A DNA stretch of 64,000 nucleotides, from contig CM074810.1 in assembly GCA_037447605.1 (NCBI GenBank), forward strand, positions 2,018,880 to 2,082,879, read 5' to 3'. The stretch comes from Zygnema circumcarinatum SAG 698-1b (lineage: Eukaryota; Plantae; Zygnematophyceae). Made by a program: the position numbers and the translations under genes. Below, in pieces: positions 32,452 through 44,594 of the stretch (within the stretch, counting starts at the first letter, position 1; every line of letters starts with the position of its first letter). A model generated the notes under the pieces. That model was not told where the DNA came from. It saw only the letters and a list, made by a program, of their open reading frames with translations, and ran no database searches.

Positions 32452-32536
32452 GCGCCACGTGGAGCCAACATCTGCGCCACGTGGAGCCAACATCTGCGCC
32501 ACGTGGCGCTCCCTGCACTCGCAGCCTTCCACGTGG
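32452..32536. promoter_or_regulatory. Tandem 22-bp repeat (GCGCCACGTGGAGCCAACATCT x2 + GCGCCACGTGGCGC) and a fourth CCACGTGG: G-box array
   Basis: Four CCACGTGG octamers in about 80 bp, 120-210 bp upstream of the cupin ATG at 32659. Confidence 0.6.
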
Positions 32537-32658
32537 CAGCAGGATGTGGCCCGGACGCGGACCAACAACGACGGGCGGTGGCGCGCGTTCGCACGGGCCC
32601 GCGCTGCCCTCGCCGGGGGGAAGGGGGGGGGAGAAAGAGGGAGAGGGCCGGAGGAGCT

Positions 32659-34385
32659 ATGGCCTGCGTGTTGGGCCGCACCGTCCCCCGCCGTCCCCTC
32701 GCCCTCACTGCTGCAGTCGGTACTCACTCGAGAGCGGGTCCAACCTCTGTGGGAGGCAGGGCGTGGCAGGGCACGGACAGAAGGAAGGTTTCTCTGGCAC
32801 TTGGTACGTGCGAGGGTGGTGGCCTTGCTGGGCTGTTGGCTGCACGGTCTGCTCAATGAGGAAAGGCATCACGAGTTCAGCTAGGCGTTCTCAATTTGAA
32901 TGTGCGTTTTACATGAGATTTGAGCAGAAAAAATGCCTGTGTCTATGATCTGTAGGGTAAAATTCGAGGGTGTAAAGTCTCCATATGCCGATTGAAAAAA
33001 GTGCAGCAGATTATTATAATCTCAGTAGCTGGACGCCGAGAGCAGGAAGCGCAACAATTATATTGACAGTAAGAGCGCGTCGCCTGCGGATCAAGATTAC
33101 AAAGAATCGCATTTCATTATAAGGTATATTCAAAAAAGTTAAGCAGGTTTATGTGGTGCGGACAACAAAATCATTCTAGAAATTCCCCTTATTCATTCAT
33201 TGAATTTCATACAGTCTTTTAGTCTTTTCCTTCTCACTGCAGATAAAGTTTTTTTTAACTGAGTGCTCACCAGCCATAGCCCCCCTCTCCTCCCACACAC
33301 AGACTCGAGTAGAAGCTTTTGAGGATGTAGCCTTATGTGAAACCGCTGAATCCCATTCGCGGGACCTATTGACTTTGTTTCCTTTCTTCTCGAGCACTTG
33401 AACCTTTGCCATTAAAAAAATGTAAACTATTTATGCTGCGTATGCTAAGACTTTGCGATGACGTTTATTTAGTCAGCTAGCTTCAAATATAGTAAGACCT
33501 CTGGTTGCAAACGAAAGCAGGAGGTCGCAGCCCTATCTTGAGGGTAGGTTCCTTTCTTGCATTCTTTCAACGTATGCATACATTGGGTAAAGAGCTTATT
33601 CTTGTTGAAGTATACTGTCTCTTTACGGATGGTGAAGGTGAGATTCAAGTGCTGCGTTCAACTTCGCTGGGTGTAGAGTTTTACTCGTCGTTCGACGGTT
33701 TGGGTGACAGCTGCGGGCCTCCTGTTTTCCTCGTCGACGGGGCGAGTCACGGCCATGGCCGCTGAGAAAGTTGATGCGAAGCAGCCAGAGAACTTCTCCT
33801 ACACACATCTGTGGGTGTCAGCTGACGGAGAGACACACATCCGAGAGGGCAAGCTGACTGGATTTGAGTTGAAGACGTATGCTGCTTCCACGCCTCAGTT
33901 CGTGGCGCAGTCGGCTCCTCCAACCAAAGTTGTGTTCACAGAGCTCGCGGTAGGCAACAAGCAGGACTGGCACAGTTGCCCGGAAGTGCAGTTCGTCGTG
34001 TCACTTTCTGGGAAATGGTGAGACTCCTCTCATATCACAACTAGAAGGCAACAAGTTCTTTCCTGATCATGGAACCACGAGTTTCTCGTGAACCTCGGAG
34101 TTTTTTCCCACTCATAATTGCTACGGGCAATATTGAATGACTCTCCTCGATTTTTGGAACGTTGCTTTTTGCAGGTATATAGAAACATCCGATGGCTCCC
34201 GGAGGGAATTTGGGCCTGGGGAGATTCTTTTCCAGGACAACACAAAGAACAACCCGGCTGCAAAGCAGCCACAGCACAAGTCGGGAGTGGTGGGGGATGC
34301 GCCCAACCAGCAGCTCATCGTGCAGGTGGCGAGGCAGCCCGAGGTGGACAACCCCTGCCCCGCAGACCTGTGCGGCCCTCCGTAG
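32659..34385 (+). CDS. Small cupin-fold protein with predicted chloroplast transit peptide plus twin-arginine thylakoid-lumen signal (4 exons: 32659-32803, 33521-33543, 33677-34017, 34175-34385; 239 aa)
   Basis: Exon phases are consistent and sum to 720 nt. Mature part: YTHLWVSADGETHIREG...DWHSCPEVQFVVSLSGKW|YIETSDGSRREFGPGEILFQDNT...QHKSG, which resembles bacterial-type small cupins. The presequence contains FTRRS-hydrophobic-AMA|AE. Exons 1-2 are less certain than exons 3-4. Confidence 0.78.
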
Positions 34386-35043
34386 GGAGACACTCTGCTC
34401 CAGTGGGAACGTGCAGAATCAGAAAATAGTGGTTAGCCAGAGGCTACAAGCAGCCTACCCTTTGCTTTTGTCCCTGCCTCGGTCTGTAAATATGTACATG
34501 TTATGAGCGGATGGACCACCGTGCATTTTTTTTTGCATAACACATTTAGCAAGCAATGCTTGAGGACACGACCAGACAGCCTGTATGACTGCTGCTTTGG
34601 CACACTGCTACGAGAGGGGAGGAGAGCCGACATGAGGAGCTATAAACATGCAAAAGTTCTGCTTGCTGGTGTCTCCTCTTCATTCCTTCGAGCGGGACAA
34701 TGCTTGCGTGTATGTACAATCTCAGAGATGTGACGAGACGGGACGGTTCAGCCGGTCGAGTTTGAGTGCAGCCTTGCCAAGCGGCAATCTTTCCACTGAC
34801 TACACTTCTCACCGAATGCTGCCTTCCCTATCTCTTTTCTGCCCCTCCTAGACTAGTGCTACTAGTAACGCATCCAGCTTCTCTGTATTGAACACGTAAT
34901 CGGCTTAACAATGGCACATTTGTCAGAAAGTGTAAAAAAAATTGCTTCGTAAGCCCTTTCCAGTAAGCTGCCTCGCGCCTCCCAATGTGCAGAAGGCATG
35001 AAAGAAATAGGGAGCAGTTGTGCGCCTAATGAGAGGTGTGCGC

Positions 35044-38000
35044 CTAGAGAAAGACGCCCTGACGCATCCACTTGGTGGCAGACCACTTCTCGCCCCGCAA
35101 CGTGGGGCAGCTTCCGTGCAGACTGGCGGGGTCGGTGCTCCCATCCAGCTTCTGGTAGGACAGTAACACAGGCAGCTGCGTGTCAGATGCACTGCTTCTT
35201 GCAGTTGCACGCAACATTTGCATCCATGCAACTACAACAGCCGAGTGCAAAGAGTTTCCATGCAGTCTGACACAACGCGGCTCATCTCCCTCCCTCTGCA
35301 TGGAAGCACCCTCCACAGCCATGCATGACCAAAGCAACGCTTCTGTCAGAGCAGCCAGAAGATGCCAAAGGTAAGAGAGAGATGCCCACCACACTCCAGA
35401 AGAGAACGGCGTCTCCTTTAGTGGCCGGCACGCACAGGCCCTTCTTCCTCTCCCCCCCGCACATGCACTCGCCCTTCCCCGCCTGCAGCCCCCCCCTCAG
35501 CCACACTTCAGACACACAGGCAGCAGCAGGGCGAGCACAATGTCAAACTTCAGAAGCAGCAACGACGTAACAAGCTCACTTTGGGGAATATGGTTTCGCC
35601 TCCTTCCTCCGGCTGCCGCAGGTACATGAGCACCGTCGCAACTCGTTGCCCCCCGCGCTTAAGGTTGAACTGAAGCATGCACACACGGGAAATGGAAAAG
35701 CAGAAAACGCCATTGCAAAAATGAGCGCCCTCCCCTTCCCAAATAAATAAATAGTACACAGAAATAATCTGTATTACCCAAGAGTTCTACTCAACTACTC
35801 GTCGCAACTTCCACTCTGACAGCTGTCTGAACCTCTGACAGGTTATACAACAGTTTTGGGAATATTTAGGGACCTTGCACAGCCCACCTCATCGCTGAAG
35901 TAGTCAAAGTGTGGATGGTATTCCTGCTGCTTCTCATATCTGCAGCCAAAAGCAAGCCCTTGAGCTTTGAAGATCGATTACTTGGAAAACGGGGCGGGGG
36001 AATGCAAGCACATAAGGTATTGGTGTGAGGAAGGGCACCTGAGAATCTGAATCGCTTCCCCATTCTCCACCGGCACCTGGGCATGAACGGCTATTCTCTG
36101 CTCAATGGCCTGCATCCGGAGGCCCCCCATCACCCCCGGGTGACTTCTTCCGTTTTCTAAAACTTGCTCATTTGATGCAGAAATGATCAAGTTGACATCA
36201 CTTTGCATCCCATGTTTCCTTTTGGAAGTTTCCTGGGTCCTTTTTCAGCCTTTAGAATGTGATTTCGACCAGTTCAGTTTGTATGAAGTCCATGGGACCT
36301 CTGCCGACTCACCTTCACAAAGTCACGCTTGCGGTCACCCTGCGTCAAGAACATGCCACTGCTTGTTCGCCCTTGGCTTTTGATTCCCTGCTTTTTTCAA
36401 ATGCACAGATTTAACTCGGCGAAAACAAGTTAATGGTCAAAAGAAAAGGAATGGTGGATCAAACATCACAAATTTCTCAACGCAAGAATCATCATAAACT
36501 CCAACGTTCTACTCAAAACTCAGTATTTCCTCTGAACAGCAGCGATGAAAGCCCACCTTTCCTGTCTTAACATCAACCACAGTAGAACCGGAGAGGTGCG
36601 GTTTTCCCAAATCTACCATCTTCTGACATTCCTGCGAGCAGCGAAACCCCGAGTGATTCTCTCCAGGACATCTCTTTTGTAGTCACGCATAATGCAGAGA
36701 AATCACCTTTACGCACCCTAATCTCGAAGCAAGGAAGTTTACGTAATGTCTCACAAGCCTCAGTACTTGAAAATGACAATTATGGGGCTTTGGAATTCGA
36801 ACATATCCGCACCTCATCACTCAGGAAATTGTGGAAAACAACAATCCGAGGAGTCCAGCTTACAACTTCTGGTCTCACCTGCGTCCCAAAGGCTGCCAGA
36901 GAACAAATCATGGGATCGGAAAGGAAGGATTGGCAGTTTCAGCTGAACAAATTTACTTTGTTTTATTCGAACATGCAGCTAAACAACGGTCTATAGAACA
37001 GAGTGTCTGTTGAGATTCTCACCAGCCCCAAGCGCAACAGCTTTGCTTGAGGGTCACTGCTCCAAAGCTCCTTCAATACATCGGGCACACGTGGAACAGC
37101 TGCCATCATTCCCCAACAATCACAATGTGAGTTGTAAGAACATAAGCCCCTCGTTGATTACATCCACGCATCATGTTCATAACGTGAATTGGGTGCATAT
37201 CGTCCTTCGAGAAAGTGATATGAGACAAGCATCAAGAATACGCCAAAAGGGAGAGACGGCTGCCAGCGGTCACACTGCTCCAAAGGATGAGAAGCTGGAA
37301 GCAATCATCCATGAAAGGAAAGAAGGAGAGAAACGAGATAGGTCATGCGAGATGGCCAACCATCTCCCAACTATCTAGAATAGACAACTCTCAGAAATCG
37401 ATCAATATTCATTTCGAAGAATTGTGTTTATTGTTACTTTGACCTGTTGGAAACAAAAGAGTCAATATCCCTGTGGAGATTGCAACATAAGTTGAGCCGT
37501 CTTGATGCGCAACTCACCTCCAGAAACTTCCGAAATGATCACTGAGCGCCCTTCTTGTGCTTTTCTTCTTGACAGATGCCCTCCTGCAATATTATTCATC
37601 TGGAATTAGTAATGCTAAAAAGGGGCAAGTCTAAAAAGGCATCCGGTTTCAAAAACTCCCAAGTCTTGTCGGTCAATGTTTCCAACTACGGTTCAAAGTA
37701 AGTCCATTCATCGTCTGAATGCATTTTCAGACTGTGATGGCGCAGGGAGCAGGACAGTAAGCAGCTTGAATATATGAACAATTTCCTAAGGTTCCATGTG
37801 AGCTGGCCACGAGTGAAAGCTGCACTGAAACAGTTTCGCATACGAATAATCCTATAAAACCGCTTTTAGTTCATGTTTTGTGATAATCAGTGCCGCCGGC
37901 ATCATTAAACCTGAAACAACTCACAGAATTCTCACAATGTTTCAAGAAAATACAGTTTGCGTACCATCAGCTTCCTCCAAACTCCTCAAAGTCGCGAGCT

Positions 38001-38683
38001 GAAGGAGAGCAACTGCCACACATAAAACCATAGAGAGCTTGAGGGTGGACTTTTTTCTTAGATTTTAACGAAACACAAATCAAGCCTCACCGCATCGACA
38101 GATTATCCTCTCCATGCATGAGAGTGAGCCTACTTTTGTCCGATGACACATACTCTCCAAAAAGCAAATCCATCAAATATCTATCTATAGGGAAGCTCTT
38201 TTTCGTCCAGGAACAAGTGATTCGCGCAGTCTTCGTTTCGCCATGAGCCTTTTTTTAGCTCCTTAGAGTTAGACGCAAAAATATAAGAGCAAAGGTAAAA
38301 CGAATAAAAAATACAATGGAACCAATTAGCAACTCCAATTCTTGCGCTTAAACGGCCTTTAGCACACAATAAAGAATTTCAATCCTGCTTCAAGATTTTC
38401 GAACACTTCATTCTTTCTCGATGTTGACGAGACCATCTATTCTTGAGTGCTTGCTGTTTAGCCCTAATGCGATCCTCAGAATGCTTCACCCCGTCTGTGC
38501 CATCATCACCTCAATTTGACCAAAGTGAATGCACGCATCTACCTGCATCACATTCCCGTCATTCATCACAATCCTTCTTACGCGCCTCTTCATTGCTCAA
38601 TCGCCCTCACCTGAAGCCATGCCAGCTGTCATGATGCCGAGAAGCACGAGAACCAGTCGAATCCATGCCGTGCTAGAGACCAT
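35044..38683 (-). CDS. P4H1: Prolyl 4-hydroxylase, P4H1-type (type II membrane 2-oxoglutarate/Fe(II) dioxygenase)
   Basis: N-terminal TM MVSSTAWIRLVLVLLGIMTAGMAS|VALLQLA. Downstream exons: VRPEVVSWTPRIVVFHNFLSDE, STVVDVKTGK|GIKSQGRTSSGMFLT, IEQRIAVHAQVPVENGEAIQILR|YEKQQEYHPHFDYF (HxD), FNLKRGGQRVATVLMYL, KGDAVLFWS and DPASLHGSCPTLRGEKWSATKWMRQ. Confidence 0.93.
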
Positions 38684-39046
38684 TATTTATTCTCAACCCG
38701 TTGTCCAAGGCTCTCTCTACCCAACAGCTAATCCTTTCTCCTTTTCATCGCATTGCCCTCCCCATCACATGCGTACACTCCCTCCCTCCCTCACCCTCCG
38801 CCCGCCGCTCCATGCCGCAGTTACGCGTGATGGCGTGACGCCAACGGCGTGGATTTAACCATGACACCTGTCACGCTTCTATACAACAGTCACGTCGCGC
38901 ACGTCCGTACGGTCTGACGAACTGTCCACGTACGGACGAGAGCGGGCGGGACGCGGACCCGTTGGCGGTGGGGCGGCGAGCAGCGGCCCAACCATTGGTC
39001 CGCAATGGTTGGCCGTCCAACAGCCGTGAGAAAGGCTGATGAGAAG

Positions 39047-39171
39047 CATTGGCGTCCAACGGTTGACGCCAATTCGCAACCATTCGCAATTTGATTCGCA
39101 ACCATTGGCGTCCAACGGTTGACGCCAATTCGCAACCATTCGCAATTTGATTCGCAACCATTGGCCAATGG
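39047..39171. repeat. 56-bp tandem repeat (2 copies + partial), each copy with a 9-bp-stem hairpin and three ATTCGCAA sub-repeats
   Basis: Units start at 39047, 39103 and 39159. Stem ATTGGCGTC/GACGCCAAT; the block ends in the palindrome CCATTGGCCAATGG. Confidence 0.9.
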
Positions 39172-39941
39172 GCAAAGGCTGAATGGCGGAGAGCTTTGGC
39201 AAAAAAGCTGCCGTGGGGTCGTTCGTTACCTTCGCGGTTGCTCCTCGCGTGAGTGTCTCCATCTTCAGCTGTGTTGTGCTATGGAACTCGTTCTCTGTTG
39301 GAAATCTGTCAGCTCTATCTCTCGTGTCTAGCTACGTGTGATCATGTGAATGGAGAATCAAAGCAGCAGGGCATGTCTCATCCATTCAGCACAAACCCAA
39401 CACGAATAAAACACAAAAGAGTTTGAAAGAAATCAAAGAAATAAATTGAGATTCGAATACATGGAAATCTCTCAGACTCAAGGAAAATATACGAATGAAA
39501 TAATCATTTTTTCATCCGATAATCAAAAAGCAGGCACCTCCGCCACAGTCTTAACCTGAAACACTGCGAGGATCCTCCCTCGTGCAACGGAGGGACCTTC
39601 ATGTCTTTGGAGTCAAAAGCGTTCGAGAAAAATCTGCTGTCTTTCTGCTTGCCGTCACGGCGGTCCTCTTGGACGAAACCGTGAATAAAAATCTCATGGG
39701 TAGACGCTTGATCAATGCTCTATGTGTCACACATCAACGACCTTCGCGGCTGCTTCTAGGGAGGGCTGCGCTGTTGAGCCTAGGCGTAGCTGTTTGCGCC
39801 TAGCTTTTTTCATTTGTCCTTCGGTCCTTTGCGACCAGTTCCTCGTGGTTCCCCATGTTGATTTTGTCCATGTACATTTGATGGCATCGCCATCGTGAGA
39901 TCAATGCCACATCCTTTGCTCCTTATTGGCTTCCCGCAGAT

Positions 39942-42900
39942 TCACGCGACTGCTTCAAGCGAGACATCCCTTCTCCATTCGGCTCGCTCGCTCAGGTCTG
40001 CGTCGCCCCATGCACACTTCGGATTCCACTTCCAGCGTGCGTGGCTTCTCACGGGCCCTCAGAGCTGTGCCCCTACCGAGTGCGGGTGGGCCGCCATCCG
40101 CAGCGGTGGGGCGAGCACGGGCCCGCGGACCTCACCGGAAGGAGGCACCTCCACCCTGCGCGGCGCCGGGTTTAAAAAAAAAAAAAAAATGAAGAAAAAA
40201 AAAAAATGAAATGGTTAAAAAATCAAAGCTCCATAGGAGCGTGCGTCATCTTTTGGAATCTACGCCAGAAGAACCGCGAAGGAGCCCACAAAACAACATA
40301 GCAAAGTAACAAAAGAACAGCTGCAAAACACCCTTATTCCTTTCCCAGGCTGCCATACCTGTTATGTACTGACATGTACTCGTCGGTCTCGTCCAGGATC
40401 TCTTCCTGCAGCAGCTCCTCTATCACGTCCTCCATAGTCACGATGCCCACGACCTCCTGATCTTCCGGCAGAAATGGGACGGAAGCATAGCTTTCAGGTT
40501 CTTGCAGAAGCAGCACTCGCCCGGACCCCGTGTGTTCCCACTTCTTGCTAGCTCGACTCGATGCCGACCCTGCAGAGACTTTCAAATCTCCCTCTCCTGC
40601 AGTATTCTGCCTATGTTGGCTGCTTCTAAGGTGAGGAGGGCTGCGACTGGGAGATCTTATGTAGGACACAGACGGATTTCGCAACACAGTGGGAAGACGA
40701 GCCTCGCCTCTCTCAGCGTTGTCAAGGGACTCCTCTTTTTTACTGTCACCTGCACCTGTAAGAGACCCCGTGTCACAGGATGTGCGTTCATAGCCGTAAC
40801 TACAGCTCTTGTAAGTGAGGATTGCGATGAGCGACGAATGCCACCCACAGCAAACATCCGCACTCTTGTTTCTGCGGCTGCTGTGTCGACCGGCAACGAC
40901 CTCATCTGAAACGCTGCTTTGGTCATACCGTCAGCAGTAGGGCGAGAGTCATCATCCACTGAAGCAGGCATGGAGGCCATGGCTTCCTCCCCTCCCGGAG
41001 ACCCCTCTCGAAGGAGAGAGCGCTCTGAGGGGGACAGACTTCCGCTTTCGCGGGGGAGGAGGCCGAGGGTGGTGCCGCTAGAACCGGATCCGACGTGGCG
41101 CGTTCGGACAACGGCAGCGATGTGGCTGTGGCCCTTTTGGAAGTCGTTCAAAAGATCGTACAGCGGCATGGCCACGCTCACCCTGGGATAAGGGCCGACC
41201 AGATGCAGAATTAGCCATGCTTGCGGAGATGTTTGGTCATGGTTGTCGCAGACAGGCTGAAGACAAACATTGCATGATTTGCGTTTGCATCAACGAGATT
41301 CATATCTGTTAAAGCAACGAGAAACGAGCGTTCCGGAGAGGGAAGTCAAGTTGGCATCAAACGAGACACTGGAAGCATTCCCAGCCATGGGAATCGGAAA
41401 TACCGTGGCAATTTCCGGATGGTGAGGTTCCGAACGACGAGGTTATCTTCAGGACGCACATTAAGTAGATTTTTCACCTGCAGAAAAAAAACGGCGGATG
41501 CCATTCTCAGCGTGAACCCTTTTCAAACCCTTCATAGATTGGTCGACAAGAGTGAGTCCACATAGCAGCCTTCACCATATATCCAAAGCCCGCTGAATGC
41601 TGCAAACGAATTTAGGAGTACAAGCTTTGGAAAGTGTTCTCATCATTGCTAAGCCCCTTCAACTGTCCTGACATATCCGTTTTGCCACCTTGCAGGTCAT
41701 TCACACTCACCAGTAGCAAACCAAAAATATTCGATTTGTCTCCAGAATAGACCGGCACGCGGCTGTGTCCTCGCAACATCAGCTGATTGAGAATCTCTCT
41801 GCGCCGCCCCCGACATCCAAAATATCCGACAATGAGAGAGACATTCGCTGAAATCACTATAAGTAGCCGTTTGGCGTCAACCTGTAGATTTTGCAGACGC
41901 TGTATATGCGTTGGAAGCTACGTATCGAGATCATATTCTCTCGATGTAATATGCGGGAATTCGTCCGCAGATCAGTTCATTAATGCAGATTTGGTACATG
42001 ACCAACAAAGAAGCTTTCGATGCAGAAACCGGGAGGGAGAAGCACAGCAAATAGCCTAAAGAACTTGTAAGTCGGTGTTATACACTTGATAAGCCATGAA
42101 TGCATTGGCGGGTATAGGCCTTGAAACTCGAAACTTGCAGAATGCAACAATGTTAATAACAACCCAGTGGTTCATGTACATACGCATCCAACTTCGTGTT
42201 GATGTCGAGAGAAAACGTCTCTGCGATCGGAGTCATCACTTGCTCCGCCGTTTTGTTCGCCATGTCGAGGGCCCCAGCGATGATGGTGGCCTCGTCGTTG
42301 CTTAAATCACCTCCTTTCCCCGCCTGCCGGGAAAATGGTGTCACGTCAGAGGCCACATCCGCAGTTCCCCTCTCCTTTCCCTGCCTTTTCCACTCCCCCT
42401 CCCTCTCTCTCTCTCTCTCTTTCGATATCTCTCTCGCAGTATACGTACCAGTATCGAGCAGTCCTTGAACACTTAGACAACAGTACGTGTACCAACTTTC
42501 ATATGAGATGCGTATGAGTTCAGCTGATCTCGTATTCAAGCTCATGTAAGAAATGCTCGAGGGAGGAAAGGGCCACTCGAGACCTCACCAGCTCAGCGTG
42601 CATATGAACGAAAGCGCTCAGTTCCGCGCGACGAAAAAGGCCTTCGTTTTTATGTCCTAGAAACCAGTCAAGCAGCTGCAATGCAAAATAGTTCGAAACA
42701 GATTACTCTACCACGCAAAATAGAAAAGTGCACATCATGATGGTTAAAAAAGACCAAAGCAAGCAAACGCCTGCGAGGCATAATTGATTTAAATCACGGA
42801 AAGTCTTATTTTTCCCAAGGGGCTGTACCTTGCTTATTGGATAAGCAACTGGAAAAAACAAGATGACAAGGATCCGAACAAGCGGAGCAGCAGCCGCTCC

Positions 42901-44166
42901 AATGAGGAGGCCATAGCGAGTGCAAACCGCTTGCGGCAGTATCTGGAAATGACAAACTTTCGGAGTTAAGTCATTCGGTAGCACATGGTAGTTTGTTAAA
43001 ATTGAAGAAACGTGGATAAGACAACATACGCAGCACTTATGATTTTGCATCCTTTAGTGACAGGTCCCACTTTATGCTCCCTCCCCCATCAGATCGAAGT
43101 CTCAGTCGTCAATATTTCTCCGTAAGATTACTTACCTCTGCGAAAATAAGAATGAGTGAAACGGAAATAAGGATGGCACCCCAGGAGGGAACGAGTTCGT
43201 CCAAGAATATAGGAAGAGCCTGCAGCAAACAAAAAACTACTGGATTGACTGGAAAGGCGATGTAAAAACAGTGCGTAGCAATAGTTGCCGTACATAGGTG
43301 GGGCCTTCCTTTCTCCCCAATTTCCCACGGCTCAAGCATAAAGTTCCCCTCACCTCCATAGCCAATGCGTTACCAATGAGAAGCGTGCACAGAAGCAGGT
43401 GCTGATTCTTCACCAGCGGGAAAATAATAGCTGCAAACGAACATGCGCACAGAAAAGTAAAAAAACGGGATGTTTCTTTGGGGAAACACGGAGCAGGAAT
43501 GGATGCAGAATTTCCGGTGATTTGCACGACGCGAGCAGCACTTTCCATTCATTCACTCTCCCTTCCCCCTTCTGCACCCCCTTCCCTCCACCCCCGTGAC
43601 ATGACCTCATGGCCTGCCTGTTGGCGGTGAGCGCTGCCTTGCCTGCATGCCGCTTGTCCTTCTCAGTGCCGCTCTTTTGCAGCACTTCCAGGTCCACTAA
43701 CCCGAGCGACATGAGACCAAGCGTTAAACCTGCACAGAAAATTTCCGTCTGATTCATGCTACAGACGGAATGGAACGCGAGAAGTTGACCGGTGTCCTTG
43801 TGTAGTTCAAGAGGTGTGGCCTACGGATTATGAACGACGTCGAACAAATAGGACCAAACATATCCTACTGAATTATCTTTCTCTGATTCTTTTCTAAAGG
43901 AAAAGACCCTGACGTGTGAAATTCTGACGTTTCATGAACATGGTGGAGACAAGCTCATGGGAGAGGAAAAGGGAAAGTCTTGTTCGTGATGTGCTGCATA
44001 TATTCTCAGTATCGTAAGGATGTAGCTCAAAAACAAAAAGAAAAAAAAACACTTGAAGCACATAAAGGTATACGTTCGCACCGGACATGCATCCTGCAAA
44101 CACAACCAGGGCCAGGGAGATAGCCACGTATATCCAGAAGGTGGGACCGCAGCAGGCATGCGTCAT
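39942..44166 (-). CDS. DUF21 + CBS-pair membrane protein (CNNM/CorB-like, plant CBSDUF family)
   Basis: [29 protein letters not shown]|[36 protein letters not shown]|[75 protein letters not shown] and [24 protein letters not shown]. The last two exons (40136-40155 and the exon ending at 39942) are a lower-confidence manual model. Confidence 0.93.
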
Positions 44167-44440
44167 CGCACGCTGGGAGCCGCTCAAATAATTGAAATGA
44201 AAGCAGAGGAGGGAGGACCGCAATTGTAGAAACACTCGCAAATTACAGAGAGAAAACTAAGTTCGCGGGAGCCTGCACTAGGCTCTCCTTCCCCACGCCA
44301 TGTCGGGAGGGTCCATGCCTGCCTGCCTGCCCGCCTGCCTGCCTGCCATTCGCCGAGAGAGGGAGGGAGCGAGCCCTGCAGCCCTGCAAGCGAGCCCCGC
44401 CTTGGCCTCCCTCCCTCAGTTCGTTGCCCGCCCGGCCGCC

Positions 44441-44594
44441 CGCCACGTGGCCCTCGCGTGTCTTGGAACGCGCACCAGCGCGGGGGGCGGTCCGGCCCGG
44501 TCGCCGGCTGACGTGTCCCCGCCCCAGCGCGGCGCGGCGGCAGATTCTGGGCGACCTTTTGCGGCAGCCGACTGCCACGTGGCGTGACGTCACG
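44441..44594. promoter_or_regulatory. G-boxes (GCCACGTGGC x2) and 12-bp palindrome CGTGACGTCACG (44583-44594) in the DUF21/GT47 divergent intergenic region
   Basis: Motifs read directly. Confidence 0.45.

Noticed and set aside
39047-39171. Palindromic repeats that might suggest a CRISPR-like array (also 32452-32509)
   Set aside because: Repeats are directly abutting with no unique spacers, only 2-3 copies, no cas genes, and the context is eukaryotic.
40060-40210. GC-rich segment followed by A-runs, resembling a SINE/retroposon tail
   Set aside because: No target-site duplication seen. On the minus strand the A-run is the polypyrimidine tract before the DUF21 micro-exon acceptor.
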